Below, one piece after another: positions 31,387-38,595 of a DNA stretch of 64,000 bases (within the stretch, counting starts at the first letter, position 1; each line of letters starts with the position of its first letter). A model generated the notes under the pieces. That model saw only the letters and a list, made by a program, of their open reading frames with translations. It had not been told where the DNA came from and searched no databases. Source of the stretch: Chlorobiota bacterium (GTDB taxonomy: Bacteria; Bacteroidota; Ignavibacteria; Kapaibacteriales; UBA2268). The position numbers and the translations under genes were made by a program. The DNA is taken from contig JBFHIJ010000005.1 of assembly GCA_041596515.1 (NCBI GenBank), positions 64,330-128,329 of the forward strand, written 5' to 3'.

Positions 31387-32463
31387 ATGGTAAGTCAGAT
31401 GGATAATTATAAAACGATAGATAAAAGCGACATGCACGCAGTCCTTAGTGCATTCCCTAATCAGTTAGAAGAAGCGATTAACATAGCAGAGAACTTTGAA
31501 CTTGGATTTGAGCTGGATGGGATAAGAGATATTGTCGTATTAGGCATGGGCGGCTCTGCTATAGGTGGTGATATTATTCGCTCTTATTGCGAAAGTTTGC
31601 CTGGGGCAAATCACATTAGAATCAAAATCAATAGAAACTATACTATACCAAATTATATAGATAAAGATACTCTTGTTATCTGCAGCTCTTACTCAGGAAA
31701 TACTGAAGAGACTATCGCAGGGTTTGAAGCAGCACTTGAAAAAACTCAGAAAGTATTTTGCATAAGCACCGGTGGCAAACTCACTAAACTTGCTAAAGAC
31801 AAACGAGTTCCGGTAATTACTATTCCCGGAGGATTGCAACCTAGATGTGCTATCGTGTATTCAGTGTTCCCTGTGTTACTTACATTAGTAAGAAACGGTG
31901 CTTTCTCTGAGGAAGCAGTTGGGCAGACTCTGGCAGCAATCAATGAATTAGGAGAAGCAAGCGAAAGACTTTCGAAAGAGTATGGCAGTTTTGATGAAAG
32001 TAACCCAACTATTCAAGTAGCAAAAAAAATGCTAGGCAAAATTCCTGTTGTGTATTCTTCCTCTGAGCTATTAGACACTATAAATCTAAGATGGCGCTGC
32101 CAAATACAGGAAAATGCCAAATCTTTAGCATATGGCAATGTTTTACCCGAAATGAATCACAATGAAATAAATGGTTGGCAAAATCCGAGTGGAATGCTTA
32201 GTAATTTTGTTTTGGTCTTTTTACAGGATCCCGCAGAAGATGCTCGACTGAGACCGCGATACAGTGCTATGGAGAAACTGTTAGGAAGCAAAGTCAGTGA
32301 AATAATAAAAATTGAAAAAAAAGAGCATTATGCACTTGCACGAATGTTTACTTTATTGTATTTTGGCGATTGGATGAGTTATCACTTGGCTATACAATAT
32401 CGTGAAGACCCCACGCCAATACCACTGATTATGCAAATGAAAGACTTGATGTCATTTGCATAA
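31387..32463 (+). CDS. Bifunctional phosphoglucose/phosphomannose isomerase family (double SIS domain)
   Basis: VVLGMGGSAIGGDIIRSY, CSSYSGNTEETI and C-terminal LPEMNHNEINGW motifs. Start uncertain (ATG 31387 or 31399; the ORF-track TTG 31357 is less likely). Confidence 0.75.
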   Translation: MVSQMDNYKTIDKSDMHAVLSAFPNQLEEAINIAENFELGFELDGIRDIVVLGMGGSAIGGDIIRSYCESLPGANHIRIKINRNYTIPNYIDKDTLVICSSYSGNTEETIAGFEAALEKTQKVFCISTGGKLTKLAKDKRVPVITIPGGLQPRCAIVYSVFPVLLTLVRNGAFSEEAVGQTLAAINELGEASERLSKEYGSFDESNPTIQVAKKMLGKIPVVYSSSELLDTINLRWRCQIQENAKSLAYGNVLPEMNHNEINGWQNPSGMLSNFVLVFLQDPAEDARLRPRYSAMEKLLGSKVSEIIKIEKKEHYALARMFTLLYFGDWMSYHLAIQYREDPTPIPLIMQMKDLMSFA

Positions 32464-32564
32464 GCAATTGTTTTGTATTGCTTATTGGAAGTTACAAATA
32501 TTTTCACTATATTTGTAATCCATAGTTTGTTCTTTACGAAATTAACTAAAAACAAGAGAAAAGT

Positions 32565-32972
32565 ATGGCCACTACTCGTAAAAGATCCAGAAGAGCAAAA
32601 TATATAACGCTCTATTCGCCTTTCCTAATGAAAGAAACAAAACATGAGTTAATTGGTGAACCGATTGAAACTGAAAAAGGAAGGCATCAATGGGCCAGAT
32701 GTACTCGTAGCCGCCATTCACAATTAGTGAATTTGGATGCTATCGAAGCTGAATCAGACAAGTCAAAAGCTGTAGTGCATATATCAAGAGAGGATGCCCG
32801 TAAATACTCTCCAACCGAAGAATATGAAATAGGCGATGTAATATTTCATAAAGTTTGGGACGATGTAGGCATCGTTAGAGCTAAAGAAGTTACTTCAAAT
32901 GGTGGCAAGTCTATACTTGTTCAATTTGAAAAAAACAGCGAAAAGAGACTAATTGAAAATTTATCAAAATAA
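32565..32972 (+). CDS. Hypothetical protein (basic N-terminus, small C-terminal beta-rich domain)
   Basis: 135-aa ORF just upstream of rpsU on the same strand. YEIGDVIFHKVWDDVGIV resembles small Tudor/SH3-like barrels. No family assigned. Confidence 0.5.
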   Translation: MATTRKRSRRAKYITLYSPFLMKETKHELIGEPIETEKGRHQWARCTRSRHSQLVNLDAIEAESDKSKAVVHISREDARKYSPTEEYEIGDVIFHKVWDDVGIVRAKEVTSNGGKSILVQFEKNSEKRLIENLSK

Positions 32973-33002
32973 AAATCGTTAGAAAAAGTGAGGTGAGAAA
33001 AC

Positions 33003-33197
33003 GTGATTGGCGTTACCATTCAGGCTAATGAAAGTATTGATCGTGCATTAAAACGCTTCAAGAAGAAATATGAAAGAAGTGGCGTGCTACGAGAATTCAA
33101 GAAAAGAACTGCCTTTATGAAGCCATCTGTTGAAAACAGACTTTCAAGATTGAAAGCTGCAAGACGTCAACAGAGAATTTCAAGAGAACAAGACTAA
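33003..33197 (+). CDS. rpsU: 30S ribosomal protein bS21
   Basis: 64 aa. IDRALKRFKKKYERSGVLREFKKRTAFMKPSV..RLKAARRQ. GTG start preceded by GAGGTGA. Confidence 0.85.
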   Translation: MIGVTIQANESIDRALKRFKKKYERSGVLREFKKRTAFMKPSVENRLSRLKAARRQQRISREQD

Positions 33198-33363
33198 GTC
33201 TTACTCTCTGAAAAAGGCAAATAAAGATTGGATAAGAGCGATGCATTTAGATGTGTCGCTCTTTGTGTTTGTAGCCTTGGCTAATTAAATATTCTTTATT
33301 TTGTTTTATCAATATGTTTGATGATTTTTGAACCTCAAAAAAATTGCAGAAACTGAGACACTG

Positions 33364-34467
33364 ATGAAAAAGAAAATTATGATTATATATACCGGTGGCA
33401 CTATCGGTATGAAAAAGTCCGATAGAGGATATATTCCTGATCCGGATTTTGCTATAAAAGTAAGACAAATTCCCGAACTATACGAACCGGGTATGCCGGC
33501 ATTTGATATCGTTTCTCTTGAGCCTATTTTAGATTCTTCTAATATGAGCCCTGCAGATTGGGATTATATAGTTCGCATCATTTTTAAAAATTATCCCAAT
33601 TATGACGGCTTTATAGTGCTTCATGGCACTGACACTATGGCTTATACTGCATCAGCACTGTCATTTATGCTGGAAAACCTAAACGTACCGGTGATTGTTA
33701 CCGGTTCGCAAATACCTATGTGCGAAGTTCGCAATGATGCTCGCGATAATATTATTACTTCACTTCTTATTTGTGGAAGCATAGGCGATAAACTGAAAGG
33801 TAAAGTTACTTTATACTTCGAAAACAAGCTAATGCTTGGCTGCAGAACCGTTAAAACAGACGCTGTGGGCTTTTCTGCATTTGAGTCTCCTAACTTTCCT
33901 CCTGTGGCTAATGTAGGTGTTAAAATTGATATTAATCAGTTCACCCACGGGATAGAGTTTGATCCCGGAGTTTTCAAAGCACCGGAAGCTTCCCCTGTGG
34001 AAGATATGGTTCCTGCTCCAAGAGAAAATGAAGACGGCAAATTCCACTATATAGAAAGTGAATCAGGTAAGCGTTTTGAAGTAGCAGTAATCAGACTATT
34101 CCCGGGCATCTCCGGAGAGTTTATGCGAAACATAATGCAACCACCACTAAAAGGTATAGTAATCGAAGCTTATGGGGTAGGCAATGGTCCATCCAAGTTA
34201 GGCAATCCCGAGCTATTTAATGCGATAAAAGACGGTATAGATAAGGGAATAGTTGCGGTAGCGGTTACTCAGTGCCTGCGTGGTGGCATCATGCTGGATC
34301 AGTACGAAGCCTCACTTAAATCAGCAGGAGTAATGAGTGGAAAAGACATGACCACTGAAGCAGCTCTTGCTAAACTATATTATCTTATCAGTAAAAAGCA
34401 ATATTCAGAAAAAGAAGTAAGAAACCTCATAGGTAAAAATCTAAGAGGTGAACTGACAGATGTGTAA
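33364..34467 (+). CDS. ansA: L-asparaginase, type I (cytoplasmic) family
   Basis: IMIIYTGGTIGM (catalytic Thr motif) and VLHGTDTMAYTASAL (HGTDT motif). Start placed at ATG 33364 (MKKKIMIIY). Contains an acidic insertion (PEASPVEDMVPAPRENEDGKFHYIESESG) relative to what I remember of AnsA. Confidence 0.85.
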   Translation: MKKKIMIIYTGGTIGMKKSDRGYIPDPDFAIKVRQIPELYEPGMPAFDIVSLEPILDSSNMSPADWDYIVRIIFKNYPNYDGFIVLHGTDTMAYTASALSFMLENLNVPVIVTGSQIPMCEVRNDARDNIITSLLICGSIGDKLKGKVTLYFENKLMLGCRTVKTDAVGFSAFESPNFPPVANVGVKIDINQFTHGIEFDPGVFKAPEASPVEDMVPAPRENEDGKFHYIESESGKRFEVAVIRLFPGISGEFMRNIMQPPLKGIVIEAYGVGNGPSKLGNPELFNAIKDGIDKGIVAVAVTQCLRGGIMLDQYEASLKSAGVMSGKDMTTEAALAKLYYLISKKQYSEKEVRNLIGKNLRGELTDV

Positions 34468-34556
34468 ATAGTAAATACTGAAAAAAAACTAATGACATAA
34501 TTGCTAAGAATATCGCACAAATCCGCAGTTATACAAGACAGCAAACAGTTAGACGC

Positions 34557-34707
34557 AAAACAGGCATATCCTCTTTCAAAGATATGCCTGTATAAAATAT
34601 AATCAACCCTGGGATTTTCGCCCCAGGGTCTTAGATAACCCCATGATTGCTATAGAAACTATTCTATTTTCTAAACTTCGCGATAAACTCTTCCACTTCC
34701 GGTATGC
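34557..34707 (-). repeat. Direct repeat, left copy (terminator hairpin + extra GC hairpin + gatD 3'-end core)
   Basis: 34557-34591 equals 37141-37176 except for a 1-nt loop indel. 34651-34707 matches 37190-37246 at 54 of 57 positions. The left copy carries about 46 extra nt with the 8-bp hairpin accctggg/cccagggt (34606-34629). Confidence 0.85.
34560..34591 (-). terminator. Terminator hairpin (left copy), downstream of the cassette and facing ansA
   Basis: acaggcatatc / gatatgcctgt form an 11-bp perfect stem with a 10-nt loop. TTTT follows on the minus strand (aaaa at 34557-34560 on plus). Confidence 0.65.
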
Positions 34708-34714
34708 TTGCTTG
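34664..34714 (-). pseudogene. Orphan 3'-terminal fragment of gatD (16 codons plus stop)
   Basis: The minus-strand translation reads QASIPEVEEFIAKFRK*, against QGGIPEVEEFIAKFRK* at the true gatD end. There is no gatD body upstream, since it abuts the stop of the 152-aa ORF at 34733. Confidence 0.6.
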
Positions 34715-34732
34715 GGAGATAGCAGTTTGAGG

Positions 34733-35191
34733 CTAATAGTTATTATTTTCAAGCTTAGTCAATATAATTTGCTTCAAGTGATTAGTATCTCTAGGATTAT
34801 CTTGAAACATTTCTTTGTAACTTATAGATGTAGTCTTACCATTTCGGATTATAATCATACTTGGAGTGTATCCAATATTATAGTTTAATAGCTCAAAACT
34901 ATCAAATCCTAATCTATTTTTCGTTTCTTTAAAGTATATATCATCATAATCAATCTTTGCTGCGAACATTTTAGATAGAACCATTGCGGATGGTTTGTTT
35001 TTTACAGACTTTGTTATCAAAATAGTCTTGTAATCTAATTTCCATAAATGCTGCAAAGAACTTAAGTCCTCTAAACATTCTTTACAGTATAAATTATCGC
35101 ATACAATAATAACAGAGTTATCTATCTGCTCAATATCAAATGGCTCAAGATTAATAGTAAAATATATCAATGCAAGTATGACTATTTTCAT
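34733..35191 (-). CDS. Thioredoxin-fold protein with CxxC (CKEC) motif and N-terminal signal/anchor
   Basis: 152 aa. Hydrophobic N-terminus MKIVILALIYFTI. Beta-strand VIIVCDNLY followed by CKEC. A cis-Pro-like loop GYTPSMIIIRNGK lies in the expected position. 4-nt ATGA overlap with the upstream ORF. Confidence 0.65.
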   Translation of the reverse strand: MKIVILALIYFTINLEPFDIEQIDNSVIIVCDNLYCKECLEDLSSLQHLWKLDYKTILITKSVKNKPSAMVLSKMFAAKIDYDDIYFKETKNRLGFDSFELLNYNIGYTPSMIIIRNGKTTSISYKEMFQDNPRDTNHLKQIILTKLENNNY

Positions 35192-36288
35192 TTTATATCT
35201 CTAACAATTATTTTATAATCTGAGTAAGTTTCTCTATTAAAATGTGTAGAGATTAAGTGCCCATCTAATATTTTGTAGTCCATACTGAAAAACAAATTTG
35301 ACTTAGAATAATCTTTTTGTTGTAAAGAGTTCATTGAAACATCTTTTTTCACTAATTCCCATACGCCATCAATATTCTTCCAAACATCATAATATAAATC
35401 ATAAACACTGATATCGCCTTCTTTTCTTCGATTTTCCATAGAGTAAGTAACTAATATTTTATCCTTGGTAAGAAAATCAGCTCTGTGAATCAAAGAAACC
35501 TTTGTTGTATCAGATTGAATTTTTTGAACATAGTTTCTCCAATTTTTGTCTTTGGAGTCTTTGTGTAGATTAGAAGAAACCCAATCAGGTATTTCTCTTA
35601 TAATAGAATCTTGTATATTCCCATTCATGTTTCGCAGATACAATTTATATTTTAATATTTCAGAAGTAAGTATTTTTCCTTCCGAATAATCTATTATGCT
35701 TCTTGGCTGAAAAATGGTATAAAAGAAAGCTTTTGGAGGAGGGAAACTAAGATACTTACTGTTTTCAATATTTTCGAGATTTAAACACCAAAAATGATAA
35801 TCTTCCTCTTCTTTTTCAATAGCATCGTAAATATCATACATTCCGAAGATTTTGTTGTCTTCTAAATACATATTTCTGGATACTCCTGCATACTCTCTAT
35901 CTGGGAATATATTTTTAAGGTTAAACCACGTGCACGTTGAAAAAGAATCCACTTCGTTGTATATAATAACATAATCGCTTAAAATCAAAGCTAACTTGCC
36001 TTCCCCAAATGCTAAATTTCGAATTGTATACATACCCAAAGGATAGTTTAATTTTAACTTCGGAATCTTTAGCTCTATTTTGTCAGAAGAAATATCTTCC
36101 AATTTATTAAGTGTGAAAATTGAATTGGTAGTTATCTGCCTATTGGTACAATAGATATCAGCATTTATTTTAACATAACTATATTCTTTTGTACCAATAG
36201 CTACTTCTTGATTAGTATTTGAAGCAAAGTTAAAATCAAATATTCCATCTGATGCAAATAAAGACAAAAGTATTAACAATATATTCAC
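35188..36288 (-). CDS. Hypothetical secreted protein (366 aa), family not recognised
   Basis: GTG start preceded by AAGGTG. Hydrophobic N-terminus MNILLILLSLFAS. Beta-rich, Asn/Lys/Tyr-rich composition. Translationally coupled to the downstream thioredoxin-fold ORF. Confidence 0.6.
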   Translation of the reverse strand: MNILLILLSLFASDGIFDFNFASNTNQEVAIGTKEYSYVKINADIYCTNRQITTNSIFTLNKLEDISSDKIELKIPKLKLNYPLGMYTIRNLAFGEGKLALILSDYVIIYNEVDSFSTCTWFNLKNIFPDREYAGVSRNMYLEDNKIFGMYDIYDAIEKEEEDYHFWCLNLENIENSKYLSFPPPKAFFYTIFQPRSIIDYSEGKILTSEILKYKLYLRNMNGNIQDSIIREIPDWVSSNLHKDSKDKNWRNYVQKIQSDTTKVSLIHRADFLTKDKILVTYSMENRRKEGDISVYDLYYDVWKNIDGVWELVKKDVSMNSLQQKDYSKSNLFFSMDYKILDGHLISTHFNRETYSDYKIIVRDIK

Positions 36289-36351
36289 AATAACACCTTA
36301 TTATATTTACAATAATCTCCAAGTTTCAAAATCACTTGGAGATTTATACTT

Positions 36352-36825
36352 CTACTCATCATCTTCTGTAATCGAAATAGTAAATTCAAAAATATTAGTT
36401 TCTAAATCTATAGACCACTCAACACATCTGTAATATTTTATACCATATTTTTCTATATTCAGATGTTTTGTTCCTGACAAATTTCCATTTTCTACTTCTG
36501 TTTCAGCATATTCTTCTAATTCCTCTACCTCAGCATTTATAAATAAATCTGATTCAATACATCCTTCACACCATACTATTTCTGGTGAACCAAAACTACA
36601 TTCAGAACCTCTCTGATCAGGGTGTCTACAAACCAATACACAAGCATCATCTGTACATTTTATCCATGCCTCTAAATATCTTCCACCAATAGTAATATCG
36701 GGACCATCAATCCCCATACTCGAACTAGCAGATTTCGTACCAGTATAAGTAGCACTACGTACTGCAAAGGATGAAATAGTTGTAGCTATAAGCATTACAA
36801 CTATTATAAAAATCTTTTGATACAT
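36352..36825 (-). CDS. Hypothetical secreted Cys-rich acidic protein (157 aa)
   Basis: Start placed at ATG 36825 (AGAGG 6 nt upstream), giving the signal peptide MYQKIFIIVVMLIATTISSFA. Seven Cys, six of them within KCTDDACVLVCRHPDQRGSECSFGSPEIVWCEGC. Acidic C-terminal half. Confidence 0.6.
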   Translation of the reverse strand: MYQKIFIIVVMLIATTISSFAVRSATYTGTKSASSSMGIDGPDITIGGRYLEAWIKCTDDACVLVCRHPDQRGSECSFGSPEIVWCEGCIESDLFINAEVEELEEYAETEVENGNLSGTKHLNIEKYGIKYYRCVEWSIDLETNIFEFTISITEDDE

Positions 36826-36888
36826 AAAATACCTCTTGTAAAAGAATAACATACATACAAAAATTGTTGTAGTATGATTTACAAGGGC

Positions 36889-36917
36889 TATAATAATAAT
36901 AATAATAATAATAATAA
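36889..36917. repeat. Trinucleotide microsatellite, (TAA)9 on plus strand = (TTA/ATT)9 on the cassette strand
   Basis: ta(taa)9 read directly at 36889-36917, which is 64-92 nt upstream of the ATG at 36825. Confidence 0.95.
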
Positions 36918-37140
36918 CTTCCAAATATATTTTTCATTTTGTATGGAATATACTTATGTATTTCAAGATTAAAATCATATTCTAACTTCATGTATTAATT
37001 GCATTTGATAGGTATTGTGTTATAAAGAACAAACAAATAAAACTCGAGACAGAGCAGTAACCAAAGCTAAATTTATGTTGAGTATAGTCACAGCAGAGTG
37101 TATTCGCCACACATAAAGAAAGATATTTTTCAATCCTAAA

Positions 37141-37246
37141 AAAACAGGCATATCCTCTTATCAAAGATATGCCTGTTTTTATAGAAATATATAGAAATCA
37201 TTCTATTTTCTAAACTTAGCGATAAACTCTTCCACTTCCGGTATGC
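37141..37246 (-). repeat. Direct repeat, right copy (gatD terminator + authentic gatD 3' end)
   Basis: See the left copy. This copy also includes a local 10-nt tandem atagaaatat/atagaaatca (37181-37200). Confidence 0.85.
37144..37176 (-). terminator. gatD intrinsic terminator
   Basis: acaggcatatc / gatatgcctgt form an 11-bp stem with an 11-nt loop. T7 follows on the minus strand (aaaaaaa 37137-37143 on plus). It lies 27 nt past the gatD stop. Confidence 0.75.
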
Positions 37247-38594
37247 CACCTTGGAATACAAGATAGCCGTTAGAAGGTTCTCTTTCTGTGATTTCACCGT
37301 TTACAGGTGTATTCATTATTTTCATAACTTCGGCTTGATCCTGAGTTTGACCCAAAGCCCAGCCTAGTTTGATATATGCAACTTCAGGAAGCATGTTAGC
37401 AAGTGGGATTACACCCAACTCCATCATTTCTCTACCTGTTTCGTATACATACATCTGAACGTAACCCCAGAGAGTCTGAACAGTCATGTAAACGTGAACG
37501 CCTTTTTCCTGTGCACGTTTAAGTGCAGGATAAAGCGGTTTATTTACGTGACCAAGACCTGTACCTGCTATTACAATACCTTTGTAGCCCTTTTCCACTA
37601 AAGAATCAATGATGTCAGGCTGCATATTTGGATAGTAATAAACGATAGTTACTTTTTCTTCAAAAGTAGGGATTAGCTTAAATTCTTTGTCTCTTCTGCG
37701 TTTAGAGTAATCTTCTCTTAGCGGATTAATCGCTTCTTTGTTAACCATTGCAAGCGGAATGTCACCGATAGTTCTAAAAGTAGAGCGATATGAAGAGTGC
37801 ATCTTTCTTACGCGAGTACCTCTGTGGAGCAAACCATATTCATCGGAAGTAGGTCCGAACATACACACCATAACCTCTGCAATGTCAGATTCTGCTGCAG
37901 TTTTAACACTATGAATTAGGTTAAGAGCTGCATCAGACGAAGGTCTGTCAGAAGATCTCTGAGAGCCCACCATAACAATTGGTACAGGAGTGTTTTGAAG
38001 CATAAAAGTAAGAGCCGCAGCAGTGTGGTGCATTGTATCAGTACCGTGACCGATTACAACACCTTTTACGCCTTGCTCTATCTCTGCGGCAATAGCTTTA
38101 GCAGTGCCAATCCACTCAGCAGGTCCCATGTTTTCAGAAAACACGCCATAAAGCTTTTCTGTTTCTAAGTTGCAGTAATCTGCAAGCTCAGGCACAGAAC
38201 CATAAAGTTCGCCCGGAGAGAAAGCAGGAATAACAGCACCAGTTCTATAGTCAAGGCGACTTGCTATAGTACCACCTGTACCAAAGAGTTTTACTCTCGG
38301 TTTTTTAGGTGAATAAGGGAAAGCCTGTTCAGGTATTTTATAATTGGCAATTTTTCTACCAACTACCTCGATATCTAAAATATTGTTTACATGGATACCG
38401 ACATTATAACCAGTTCTAAGCTTCAAAACGATATGAAATTCGTCTGCTTGCTCAGCTCTTGGCAAAATAAGACCAATATGAGTTCTTTCGTCAGAAGTTT
38501 TAAGTTTAACATCGCTCCAGATTAAAGCTTTATATTTTTTAAGCATCTCCAATCCGGCACCGCGATAGCCTTTGTAATCTTCATTCATAGCCAT
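37203..38594 (-). CDS. gatD: Glutamyl-tRNA(Gln) amidotransferase subunit D (archaeal-type, asparaginase fold)
   Basis: N-terminal beta-domain (VKLKTSDERTHIGLILPRAEQADEFHIVLKLRTGYNVGI), then an asparaginase domain with LFGTGGTIASRLDYRTGAV and VIGHGTDTMHHTAAAL. Start placed at ATG 38594 (GGAGG 9 nt upstream), 1 nt after the gatE stop. Confidence 0.85.
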   Translation of the reverse strand: MAMNEDYKGYRGAGLEMLKKYKALIWSDVKLKTSDERTHIGLILPRAEQADEFHIVLKLRTGYNVGIHVNNILDIEVVGRKIANYKIPEQAFPYSPKKPRVKLFGTGGTIASRLDYRTGAVIPAFSPGELYGSVPELADYCNLETEKLYGVFSENMGPAEWIGTAKAIAAEIEQGVKGVVIGHGTDTMHHTAAALTFMLQNTPVPIVMVGSQRSSDRPSSDAALNLIHSVKTAAESDIAEVMVCMFGPTSDEYGLLHRGTRVRKMHSSYRSTFRTIGDIPLAMVNKEAINPLREDYSKRRRDKEFKLIPTFEEKVTIVYYYPNMQPDIIDSLVEKGYKGIVIAGTGLGHVNKPLYPALKRAQEKGVHVYMTVQTLWGYVQMYVYETGREMMELGVIPLANMLPEVAYIKLGWALGQTQDQAEVMKIMNTPVNGEITEREPSNGYLVFQGGIPEVEEFIAKFRK

Positions 38595-38595
38595 C

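Noticed and set aside
34643-34888. 81-aa plus-strand ORF
   Set aside because: It runs across the gatD-fragment repeat and antisense to the thioredoxin-fold gene, and its composition is not protein-like.
36826-36991. Poly-Ile N-terminal extension of the 190-aa ORF (start 36924) and the overlapping 78-aa poly-Tyr ORF (36755-36991)
   Set aside because: Both are readings of the (TAA)9 microsatellite. The ATG at 36825 has an AGAGG RBS and yields a clean signal peptide. The 78-aa ORF overlaps it out of frame.
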